Origin: Gammaproteobacteria bacterium | GTDB taxonomy: Bacteria > Pseudomonadota > Gammaproteobacteria > Thiohalobacterales > Thiohalobacteraceae | Assembly: GCA_016214925.1 (NCBI GenBank) | Contig: JACRMO010000110.1 | Span: 10,182-48,599 of the forward strand | Reading direction: 5' to 3' | DNA length: 38,418 nt | Shown: positions 7,645-15,917 of the stretch, one piece after another | Position numbering within the stretch: position 1 is the first letter of the stretch | Layout: the number at the start of each line of letters is the position of its first letter | Program-made: the position numbers and the translations under genes | Notes under the pieces: generated by a model | The model's database searches: none | What the model saw: the letters and a program-made list of their open reading frames with translations, nothing else | What the model was told of the DNA's origin: nothing

Positions 7645-7971
7645 ATGCGCCGTCTGCAGGACATTGAAAACGATCTCGAACGCGCGGTCTTTCTCGCCAA
7701 CTACAACGCGCCGCGTCAGCGCCTGTTGCGGGTCGCGGCGGCGGGCATGATCGTTGCCAAGCATGGCCTGCGCGGCTTGCTGTATGTCTGGCCGTTGACC
7801 CTCCTGCTGTTCATCGAACTTCCGGATACCTGGCGCTGGCTGCGCATGGTGCTTATCCTCCTGGCCATGGGCGCCTGGTTTCGTTTCATCTACGGTTCGG
7901 TGCGCGATGATTACAGGCGTTTCGTGCAGGGTAGCCTGCTGGAACCGGCACGGCTGAAGCGGGTACTCTAG
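7645..7971 (+). CDS. Small hypothetical membrane protein (2 predicted TM segments)
   Basis: ATG start 14 nt after the upstream stop; ends 5 nt before the nasA ATG. Hydrophobic segments LLYVWPLTLLLFI and MVLILLAMGAWFRFIY. No family recognised. Confidence 0.45.
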   Translation: MRRLQDIENDLERAVFLANYNAPRQRLLRVAAAGMIVAKHGLRGLLYVWPLTLLLFIELPDTWRWLRMVLILLAMGAWFRFIYGSVRDDYRRFVQGSLLEPARLKRVL

Positions 7972-7976
7972 ACGGC

Positions 7977-10631
7977 ATGTCTAAAGCAGTACAAACCACG
8001 TGTCCCTATTGCGGTGTCGGTTGCGGTGTGTCGGCCGCGGTCGACGCCGAGGGACGCGTAACCGTCAAAGGCGATCCCGATCATCCCGCCAATTTCGGCC
8101 GGCTCTGTTCCAAGGGCGCCGCGCTGGGCGAGACCGTCGATCTGGACGGCCGGCTCCTGTATCCCGAGGTGAACGGCGCTCAAACCGACTGGGACACCGC
8201 GCTGGGCCATGTCGCTGAACGTTTCCAAGCGGTCATCCGTGAACATGGGCCGGAGGCGGTGGCTTTCTATGTCTCCGGGCAATTGCTGACGGAGGATTAT
8301 TACGTTGCCAACAAACTCATGAAGGGGTTCATCGGCAGCGCCAACATCGACACCAATTCCCGCTTGTGTATGTCGTCCGCGGTGGCCGGCTACAAGCGCG
8401 CTTTCGGCGCGGATACCGTGCCGTGCAACTATGAAGACCTGGAACGCGCCAAATTGATCGTGCTGGCGGGTTCCAACGCTGCTTGGTGTCATCCCGTTCT
8501 GTATCAGCGCATCGTCAAGGCGCGCAAGGAACATTCCGATCTGCGCGTCATTGTCATCGACCCGCGCAAAACCAACACCTGCGATGGCGCCGATCTGCAT
8601 CTGGCCATCGCTCCGGGCACCGATGCGACGCTGTTCAACGGTCTGCTGGTCTATCTCGATGCGCAGGGCGAAGCGAATAGCCTGTTTCTGAACAGCGCCG
8701 TCGACGGTGTGGAGGGCGCCCTAGCCGCCGCGCGCGCGGATGCGCCGGATCTCGACAGCGTTGCGCGGCGCTGTGGCCTGAGTGTAGAAGACATCGCGGA
8801 GTTCTATCGGCTGTTCGCCCGCACCGAACGCGTGGTGACGGTGTACTCGCAGGGCATCAATCAGTTTTCGATGGGTACGGACAAGGTCAACAGCATCATC
8901 AATTGCCACCTGTATACCGGTCGCATCGGCCGTGCCGGCATGGGACCGTTCTCCATGACCGGTCAGCCGAATGCGATGGGCGGCCGCGAGGTCGGTGGTT
9001 TGGCGAATCAATTAGCCGCGCATATGGACTTGGACAATCCCGAACACACCGACCGCGTGCAGCGGTTCTGGAATGCGCCGGTGATCGCGCAGCGCGCCGG
9101 GTTGAAGGCCGTCGATATGTTCGAGGCCGTGGCAGCGGGCAAGATCAAGGCGCTGTGGGTGATGGCCACCAATCCCGCCGTCAGTCTGCCCGACAGTGAC
9201 CGGGTGCGTGACGCATTGGCGCAGTGCGAATTCCTGGTGGTCTCCGATTGCGTGCGACATACCGACACCACGACCTATGCGCATGTACTGCTGCCCGCGT
9301 CGGCCTGGGGCGAGAAAGACGGCACGGTGACCAATTCGGAACGGCGCATCTTGCGTCAACGCGCTTTCCTGCCGAGCGCGGGCGAGGCGCAGCCGGATTG
9401 GTGGATCGTCAGCGAAGTCGCCAAACGCATGGGCTTCACGGCGGCCTTCGACTATGCGTCGGCGGCGCAGGTGTTCCGCGAACACGCGGCACTCTCCGCC
9501 TTCGAGAACGCGGGACAACGCGATTTCGACATCGGTGCTTTGGCGCGACTGGACGATGCGCAGTATGCCGAGCTGCAACCGCTGCAATGGCCGCGACCCA
9601 CGGTCGGTACGCCCGGCACACGCTTGTTCGCGGACGGGCGCTTCTTCACGCCCAATGGCCGCGCGCGCATGATCGCCATCGCGGGCAAGGCTCCGGCGAG
9701 TGCGACCGACGCGGATTATCCGCTCGTTCTCAACACGGGCCGCGTACGCGATCACTGGCATACGCTGACGCGCACCGGCAAGTCGCCGCGCCTGTCCGCG
9801 CACAGCATCGAGCCGTATGCCGAGATACATCCCGACGATGCGGCGCGTTATGAATTGCGCGACGGTGCCTTGCTGGAAGTGACCAGCCGCTGGGGGCGGG
9901 CGGTGACGCGGATTCGCGTCAGCGGTGCGCAGCGCCCCGGCAGCGTGTTCATGCCGATTCACTGGAACAACCAGTTCTCCAGTCTGGCGTCGGTGGACAG
10001 TCTGATCGGTCCGCATACCGATCCGCTTTCCGGCCAACCCGAGTTCAAGTTCACACCGGTGCGCGTGCGACCCTATGTGGCGAGTTGGTACGGCTTTCTG
10101 CTTTCCCGCCGGAGCTTGGCATTGCGGCATCCCGATTACTGGGCGTGCGCCAAAGGCAACGGCTTCTGGCGCTATGAAATCGCCGGCACGGAACTGGCGG
10201 CCGATTGGGCGCGCTGTGCGCGGGAATTGTTGTGTGCCGCCGACGAACGCGTGGAGTGGACGGAATACTTCGATCAGGCCGCCCACCGTTATCGCGGCGC
10301 GCGGTTGGTATCCGGACGGCTGGAGAGCTGTGTGTTCATCGGTCAAGGTAACGAATTGCCGCCACGCGACTGGCTGGCGGCTTTGTTCGACCTGGAGGGA
10401 CTCGAACCCGCGCAACGCGCCAGCCTGCTCAGCGGCAAGCCGCCGCGGGGCGAAACGGATCGGGGCCGTACCGTCTGCGCCTGTTTCAATGTCGGCCGCA
10501 ACACCCTGGTCGAGGCCATCCGACAGCAGGGTCTGACCTCGGTCGAGGCCATCGGAGCCCAGCTCCAGGCGGGCACGAATTGCGGCTCCTGTGTGCCGGA
10601 GCTGCGGGCGTTATTGACCGAGGTCAACTGA
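7977..10631 (+). CDS. nasA: Assimilatory nitrate reductase catalytic subunit (long form with C-terminal BFD-like 2Fe-2S domain)
   Basis: CPYCGVGCGV...GRLCSKG 4Fe-4S motif. TNSRLCMSSAVAGYKRAFG Mo-Cys region. KALWVMATNPAVSLPD...EFLVVSD MGD-binding strands. C-terminal CACFNVG...GTNCGSCVPEL motif. Confidence 0.92.
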   Translation: MSKAVQTTCPYCGVGCGVSAAVDAEGRVTVKGDPDHPANFGRLCSKGAALGETVDLDGRLLYPEVNGAQTDWDTALGHVAERFQAVIREHGPEAVAFYVSGQLLTEDYYVANKLMKGFIGSANIDTNSRLCMSSAVAGYKRAFGADTVPCNYEDLERAKLIVLAGSNAAWCHPVLYQRIVKARKEHSDLRVIVIDPRKTNTCDGADLHLAIAPGTDATLFNGLLVYLDAQGEANSLFLNSAVDGVEGALAAARADAPDLDSVARRCGLSVEDIAEFYRLFARTERVVTVYSQGINQFSMGTDKVNSIINCHLYTGRIGRAGMGPFSMTGQPNAMGGREVGGLANQLAAHMDLDNPEHTDRVQRFWNAPVIAQRAGLKAVDMFEAVAAGKIKALWVMATNPAVSLPDSDRVRDALAQCEFLVVSDCVRHTDTTTYAHVLLPASAWGEKDGTVTNSERRILRQRAFLPSAGEAQPDWWIVSEVAKRMGFTAAFDYASAAQVFREHAALSAFENAGQRDFDIGALARLDDAQYAELQPLQWPRPTVGTPGTRLFADGRFFTPNGRARMIAIAGKAPASATDADYPLVLNTGRVRDHWHTLTRTGKSPRLSAHSIEPYAEIHPDDAARYELRDGALLEVTSRWGRAVTRIRVSGAQRPGSVFMPIHWNNQFSSLASVDSLIGPHTDPLSGQPEFKFTPVRVRPYVASWYGFLLSRRSLALRHPDYWACAKGNGFWRYEIAGTELAADWARCARELLCAADERVEWTEYFDQAAHRYRGARLVSGRLESCVFIGQGNELPPRDWLAALFDLEGLEPAQRASLLSGKPPRGETDRGRTVCACFNVGRNTLVEAIRQQGLTSVEAIGAQLQAGTNCGSCVPELRALLTEVN

Positions 10632-10722
10632 CGTCCTGGTGACCTTAAAACCTCAAGAATCAGTCTCCGCTGTCGCCAACTTGGGACAGAGATGTGTCCT
10701 GTCACCGGGCAAAGGAGACGCC

Positions 10723-12283
10723 ATGCTGAGCAATATCACCCTCTTGAAAAAGGCGCAGATCCTCGCGCTGTTGCTGGTTGTCTGCGTGACGGCGGTGGTG
10801 ACGGTAACGCTGCACGCCACCCGGACCATCGAGGGAATTGCGCCTCCATATCGTACAGATCCAGCAATTTTTGCAGGACATCAGCGCGACACGCGGGCAG
10901 GATGGCCTGAACGACGGTTTTGCCAATGCCGAAAAACATTATCTCGCAGCCAAGCAGAGCCTGATCGATCTTGCGGCCCTGGATGCGGGGAACGATGCCT
11001 TGTATACCGACCTGGGCGTGCGTCTGGAAGCCTATTATGCCAAGGGCAAACGCATGGCCAAGGCCTATGTCGATCTCGGACCGCCTGCTGGCAATGCCAA
11101 GATGGGCGAATTCGATGCCGCAGCCAGTGCAATCACTGAACGGGTCGATGAATTGTGCGCGAGCGCCGTCGACAACAGTTCCGCGATGTTGGCGCAGACC
11201 TCCGCATCGGCAGGCATGGCCAGTCGCAATATCACGCTGCTGGCGTTGTTTGGTGGTGGTATCATGTTAGGCGGCGTGTGGTTGCTGATCAGCGCACTTC
11301 GCCCGTTGCGCGCTCTGACCGACGCGACACTGCGCATCGCGGATAATGATCTTACCGGACAGATTCCGCAGACGGGTCACCAGGACGAGGTCGGCTTGCT
11401 GAGTGCGGCTATCGTCGCCCTACAAGGCAAACTCACACATCGGATCCAGGATATCGCCAACGTGAGCCACCAGATCAATGTGGCGGTCGAAACCATGAAC
11501 GCGATTGTCGAGCACACCAGTCTGGGTGTGCAGCAACAGCACAGCGAAACCGAGCAGGTCGCGACTGCCATGAATGAAATGACCGCCACGGTGCATGAAG
11601 TCGCGCGCAATACGGCGGCGGCAGCCGCGGCGAGTCAGGCGGAAGAAGAAGTCGGTAATGGCAGCCGGGAAGTCAAACAGACCATTGCGTTGATCGGCAA
11701 ATTGGCCGACGACGTGCGTAAGGGTGCGGACGTGATCGGTCGTCTGGAAACCGACAGCAACAACATCGGCGCGGTGCTCGATGTGATTCGCGGCATCGCC
11801 GAGCAGACCAACCTGTTGGCGCTGAATGCGGCTATCGAGGCGGCGCGCGCCGGTGATCAAGGGCGCGGTTTCGCGGTGGTCGCCGACGAGGTGCGCACGC
11901 TGGCGCAGCGTACCCAGGCGTCGACTCAGGAAATCCAACAGATGATCGAGAAACTCCAGCAGGGCGCGGAGGAAGCTGTGCGCGTCATGCATGCAGGGCG
12001 CAGTCAGGCCGAGGCCAGCGTGACGCAGGCGAGTCAGGCAGGCCGTTCACTGGACAGCATCCGTGCCGCGGTATCGACCATCCACGATATGTCGACGCAG
12101 ATCGCCAGCGCCTCCGAGGAACAGGGCGCGGTAGCCGAAGAGATCAATCGCAACATCGTCAATATCAGTCAGGTGGTTGTGCAGACCGCCGACGATGCCG
12201 CGCAGACGTCCAGTGCGGGCGAAAAGCTGGGTGGTCTGGCGGAGCAGCTGCAAACGGTGGTCGCGCGCTTCAAGCTGCCGTAA
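10723..12283 (+). pseudogene. Methyl-accepting chemotaxis protein, split by a +1 frameshift near 10833-10835
   Basis: ATG 10723 has a strong SD (AAAGGAGA) and encodes TM1 (MLSNITLLKKAQILALLLVVCVTAVVTV) in frame 1. The rest of the protein is in frame 2, which opens only at 10808: ligand-binding region with [14 protein letters not shown]2, HAMP, and the signalling domain with [32 protein letters not shown]. Removing one G from the GGG run at 10833-10835 gives a continuous ...[17 protein letters not shown]... Confidence 0.7.
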
Positions 12284-12307
12284 CTCGATCGGGCGGTGTG
12301 CGCGGGT

Positions 12308-13000
12308 TCAGTCCTCGCGCGCGCCGCTATCCAGAAACGCGCGCAGCTCCGGGGTATGCAGCCGACAGCGCGCGTGATCGCCATCGGCGAAATGCAGATC
12401 GCCGATCAGATTCAAGCGCTGCAAGCTGAGCAGCGCATTGGTGATATCCAGGGTTTGCAATCCCGCCTGTTCGCTCAAACTCGCCAAGTTGAGTTTCAGC
12501 GTTTGTCCGTTGCCGCCGTCGTTGGCCTGCTGCGCCAACAGGCGCATCCCCACATACAGCATATGCTGGCATTGCAGGGCGTCGACTAGACGCTGATTGA
12601 TGTCGTTGAGCTTCACCGACAGCGAACGCAGCATGCGCACGCTCAGCGCCGGGAAATGCTGGAGCGCCGTGGCGAAATCCGCGTTGGCCAATTCCAGCAG
12701 GGTGAGCGGGCCGTCGCTGAGAATGCTGGCCGAACGCTTCAAATCCATGAACACACCCATCTCGCCGATGATCGAGCCCTTCTCGGCGATGGCAATGACA
12801 TTGCTGTTGCCGGTGGCGTCGTTTTTGATGATGCGGGCACGGCCGGTCAACACAATATACACCGCATCGCAGGGCGCGCCTTCGCGGACCACCACCTCGC
12901 CGGTTTTGTATTGATGGCGGCGGCCATAGTCGTTGAGAAATCGGGTGGCTTCTTCGCTGAGGCGGGTGGGCAGACTTTCCAGAATGGGATTGTTCGTCAT
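12308..13000 (-). CDS. Crp/Fnr-family regulator (cNMP-binding domain + C-terminal wHTH-like region)
   Basis: cNMP-binding beta-barrel with GSIIGEMGVFMDLKRSASILS (GE...R.A cassette). C-terminal LKLNLASLSEQAGLQTLDITNALLSLQRLNLI resembles a Crp-type HTH. AAGGA SD upstream. Confidence 0.7.
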   Translation of the reverse strand: MTNNPILESLPTRLSEEATRFLNDYGRRHQYKTGEVVVREGAPCDAVYIVLTGRARIIKNDATGNSNVIAIAEKGSIIGEMGVFMDLKRSASILSDGPLTLLELANADFATALQHFPALSVRMLRSLSVKLNDINQRLVDALQCQHMLYVGMRLLAQQANDGGNGQTLKLNLASLSEQAGLQTLDITNALLSLQRLNLIGDLHFADGDHARCRLHTPELRAFLDSGARED

Positions 13001-13012
13001 GTCCGTCCTTTG

Positions 13013-13561
13013 TCAGGGAGTAGGGCCAGTGCCGCGGCTGGCGGTATAGAACAGGCCGAGTAGGGTCTTGGCGTCGAGGATTTCGCCGCGCTGTGCCATG
13101 GCGAGTGCGGTATTGAAAGGGAACCAATGCACTTCGATGCATTCGTGTTCCTGATGCCGCGCGGGCACACTGTGCAGCTGACGCGCCAGGAACAGATGGA
13201 TCACCTCGTCGCAGAAACCCGGTGTGGTCAGCACTTGGGCGAGCGCTTGCCAGTGCGCCGCGTGTAGGCCGGCTTCTTCTTCGAGTTCGCGTTGCGCCGT
13301 TGTCAACGCCGGTTCGCCGGGTTCGAGTTTGCCGGCCGGCAGTTCCCACAGCCAACCGCCGCCAGCATGCCGGTATTGGCGTAGCAGGCAGATTTCATTA
13401 TGCGTATTGAGGGCGACGACCGCCGCACCGCCGGGATGCCGCACGACCTCGAGTTCGAGCGTGCGACCATCGGGCAGGGTGACGGGCTCCATGCCGAGAT
13501 CCACGACGCTGCCTCGATAAATGGGTTGGCGGGTGTTCAGCAGAGGTCTCCAGTCGGGCAA
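13013..13561 (-). CDS. NUDIX hydrolase (ADP-ribose pyrophosphatase-like)
   Basis: Perfect Nudix box GKLEPGEPALTTAQRELEEEAGL (G-x5-E-x7-REUxEExGU). Confidence 0.85.
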   Translation of the reverse strand: MPDWRPLLNTRQPIYRGSVVDLGMEPVTLPDGRTLELEVVRHPGGAAVVALNTHNEICLLRQYRHAGGGWLWELPAGKLEPGEPALTTAQRELEEEAGLHAAHWQALAQVLTTPGFCDEVIHLFLARQLHSVPARHQEHECIEVHWFPFNTALAMAQRGEILDAKTLLGLFYTASRGTGPTP

Positions 13562-13709
13562 CGCTTCGCGCTACCATACACAGGGGATACGCTGAAGTTC
13601 AACTGCTCGGCCCGGTTCACCGGATTGGCGAAGCTCCGAATATTCCATGTGCTGTGATTCCCGCGTAAGCCGGAATGACGCATTGATCAGACCTTCTTTA
13701 GGAATACGC

Positions 13710-14147
13710 ATGTTGCACGAGACCGAAAAACTGCATTTCGAGTGTACCCAATGCGGTCGCTGTTGCGCGGGGGGCGGTGACTATCATGTCTTCCTGAATA
13801 CGGCCGAGGCGGAACGTATCCGCGCCGTGCTGGCGTTGAGCAAGGAGTGGTTCCGGCGGCGTTATCTCAAACGTCTGGACAGCGGTGAACTCACGGTGCG
13901 GCTGGGTAGCGCGGGGCGCTGTGGTTTTCTGGATGCACAGGGCCGTTGCCGGGTGTATGCCGCGCGGCCGACCCAATGCCGTACCTATCCGTTCTGGCCC
14001 GAGGTGCTGCGCAGCAAGGCGACGTGGCGCGCCGAAGCTTCGCGCTGCGAAGGCATCGATCGCGGTGCTGTCGTGCCGTTGGCGCAGGTGCGCGCGGCGC
14101 TGCTGGCGCAACGTGCCTACGAGTTGCGGGAAGCGGGAATGGACTAA
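13710..14147 (+). CDS. YkgJ-family (UPF0153) cysteine-cluster protein
   Basis: CTQCGRCC N-terminal CxxCxxCC motif plus CGFLDAQGRCRVYAARPTQCRTYPFWP. ATG 13710 is preceded by AGGA. Confidence 0.7.
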   Translation: MLHETEKLHFECTQCGRCCAGGGDYHVFLNTAEAERIRAVLALSKEWFRRRYLKRLDSGELTVRLGSAGRCGFLDAQGRCRVYAARPTQCRTYPFWPEVLRSKATWRAEASRCEGIDRGAVVPLAQVRAALLAQRAYELREAGMD

Positions 14148-14986
14148 GGCCCGGCGGATTCGGGGAAGTCGTAACAGGCCAGCAATTGACCGGCGTCGTC
14201 TGGCGCATAGGCGTCGTAGAACAACGAACGCAACCGCGGTTGCGGTGCAGGATGCAGTTCCGAGCCCCAGGTCAGACTGTCGAAGTCTTCGCCGCCGAGA
14301 ATCCGATGCGCCAGGGTGAGATACAGCCGTTGCAGCACGCCGGCACGCACCAGGGTGTAGAACACCGACGGACCGGCGATTACGTAGATGCGCCGATAAC
14401 CCAGGTTTTGCAGCACCCGGATGGCAGGACCGCCTTCCGCGTTCGTGCCGCCCCCCGCGGCGTGCACCTCGACACCCTGCGCACGCAAGGCGGCCATCCG
14501 AGCAGGGTCGGCGTCGGTGCCGGTGAGCACATGCACGCGGCGCGCGCGGTAGATATTCAGGGCCGCGTGTGGAATATCCAGACTCGCGCTGAACACGGCG
14601 ATATCGGGTTGCGCGCTCAGCCCTTGGTCCAAACGCCAAGTGCGCAGATCAGCGAAGCGTTCGTCGTTGCCGACCGGCAACGTGTCTTGCGCCTCGCCGG
14701 TCGCGAACTGGCGGAAGTAGCGCGCGCTGGTGATGAGCAGATCGGATTGCGCGGCGAGTTCCTGGTAGAGTCGCCAATCGCGCGCGTTGCCGATCGCCGC
14801 GGGTACGCCGTGCGAGGCTTGACCGGGGCGTGGCAGGGCGATACGGCCATCGAGGCTGGTGATGAAGTTGCTGTAGACCAGCGGTGTCGCGTCATCGACG
14901 AGCCGGTGCAGCGGGTGATCCAGATACAGCCGCGCCAACGGCAGACCGATGGTCGGGGGCGGGTAGAGTTGCAGCAGATCGTGCAT
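14144..14986 (-). CDS. RibD C-terminal domain / dihydrofolate-reductase-like family protein
   Basis: VYSNFITSLDGRIALP...DWRLYQELAAQSDLLITSARY is typical of the RibD_C reductase fold. ATG at 14986; an in-frame TTG at 14992 is an alternative start. Confidence 0.6.
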   Translation of the reverse strand: MHDLLQLYPPPTIGLPLARLYLDHPLHRLVDDATPLVYSNFITSLDGRIALPRPGQASHGVPAAIGNARDWRLYQELAAQSDLLITSARYFRQFATGEAQDTLPVGNDERFADLRTWRLDQGLSAQPDIAVFSASLDIPHAALNIYRARRVHVLTGTDADPARMAALRAQGVEVHAAGGGTNAEGGPAIRVLQNLGYRRIYVIAGPSVFYTLVRAGVLQRLYLTLAHRILGGEDFDSLTWGSELHPAPQPRLRSLFYDAYAPDDAGQLLACYDFPESAGP

Positions 14987-15773
14987 CGTCAAGACTCTGA
15001 TCGGTTCGCGGTAGTGTACCCAAATCGTTGTGTGCCGGCAGCAGCAGGCCGATGCCGGACAGTGCCAACAGGCCGAAGGCGAGTTGACGCATGCGCTGTG
15101 GCGCGATGCGCGGCGCGATATGTGCGCCCCAGTGCGCGGCCAGCAGCACCGGCAGCGTGCAATACAGGGCTACTTCGATCATCGGCCAATGCAGTTCGCC
15201 ACGCGTGCTCTGCCAACCGATGCGCACCAGCGTGCTGATGACGAAAATCGCGAGCAGGGTGGAGCGGATGGCGGACAGCGTCCAGGGTTGCCGGTAGAGA
15301 TGGAACACGACCGGCGGACCGGCGGTGCTGAACAGGCCGCCAAGCAGGCCGCCGGCAATGCCGCTGAGCAGCGTGGTGAGGCGGCCGGAGGGTTGGGCAT
15401 GTGGATGTGGGCGCAGCATCAACAGCAGACCGGCGCTCAGGATCACCAGCCCGAGCAGTCGCCGCAGCAGGCCTGGAAGTTGGGTGTCCAGGTGTGCCAG
15501 CAGGGCCAGGCCGAGTCCGACGGCGGGTATCAGTCCTGCAACGGTCCAGGCGACGCTGCGCCACTGGATATTGCTGGGGTGCTGCGACAACACCCAACTG
15601 CCAGTGACCAGCGAGATCATACTGATGACCGCCGCTGTGAAGGGAATGGGCGCCAACTGCAACAGCGTGACGCAACCCAACACGATCAGACCCAAGGCGA
15701 AACCACTCAACGCCTGGACGAAACTGCCCAGGGCGGCGAGTCCGATGAACGCCAGCATATCCGGCAAGGGCAT
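14892..15773 (-). CDS. TauE/SafE-family sulfite/anion exporter (membrane protein)
   Basis: Polytopic protein of about 290 aa. FIGLAALGSFVQALSGFALGLIV and GIAGGLLGGLFSTAGPPVVF are typical of TauE. ATG at 15773 (MPLPDML); the longer ORF start is non-membrane Arg-rich sequence. Confidence 0.7.
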   Translation of the reverse strand: MPLPDMLAFIGLAALGSFVQALSGFALGLIVLGCVTLLQLAPIPFTAAVISMISLVTGSWVLSQHPSNIQWRSVAWTVAGLIPAVGLGLALLAHLDTQLPGLLRRLLGLVILSAGLLLMLRPHPHAQPSGRLTTLLSGIAGGLLGGLFSTAGPPVVFHLYRQPWTLSAIRSTLLAIFVISTLVRIGWQSTRGELHWPMIEVALYCTLPVLLAAHWGAHIAPRIAPQRMRQLAFGLLALSGIGLLLPAHNDLGTLPRTDQSLDDARSAATLPAPDHRSAVGAAVSGSPAAPARR

Positions 15774-15917
15774 GGTGTGATCCGCGGGTTGAAGTGGCCG
15801 GCAGTGTACGGATCGGGCGGGCGGAAATATAGCTGCGGCAGGCGGCGACCTTGGTTCAGAGAACCCCGTTTGGGGTCGATATGCAGGCAGTGTTGTGACT
15901 TTGTGGAGTAGCTTCTG

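Noticed and set aside
9012-10415. 467-aa ORF antisense to nasA
   Set aside because: Antisense artefact. The forward frame is a clear NasA.
10838-12283. Treating TTG 10838 as an independent start of an intact, N-terminally shorter MCP
   Set aside because: This start would lack TM1 and has no SD. A strong SD plus ATG at 10723 encodes a typical MCP TM1 in the adjacent frame, and a 1-nt correction joins the two frames seamlessly.
13698-15238. Long ORFs 13698-14639 (-) and 13946-15238 (+) overlapping the ykgJ / RibD_C / TauE genes
   Set aside because: Arg-rich, repetitive translations without motifs. The alternative frames encode recognisable families.
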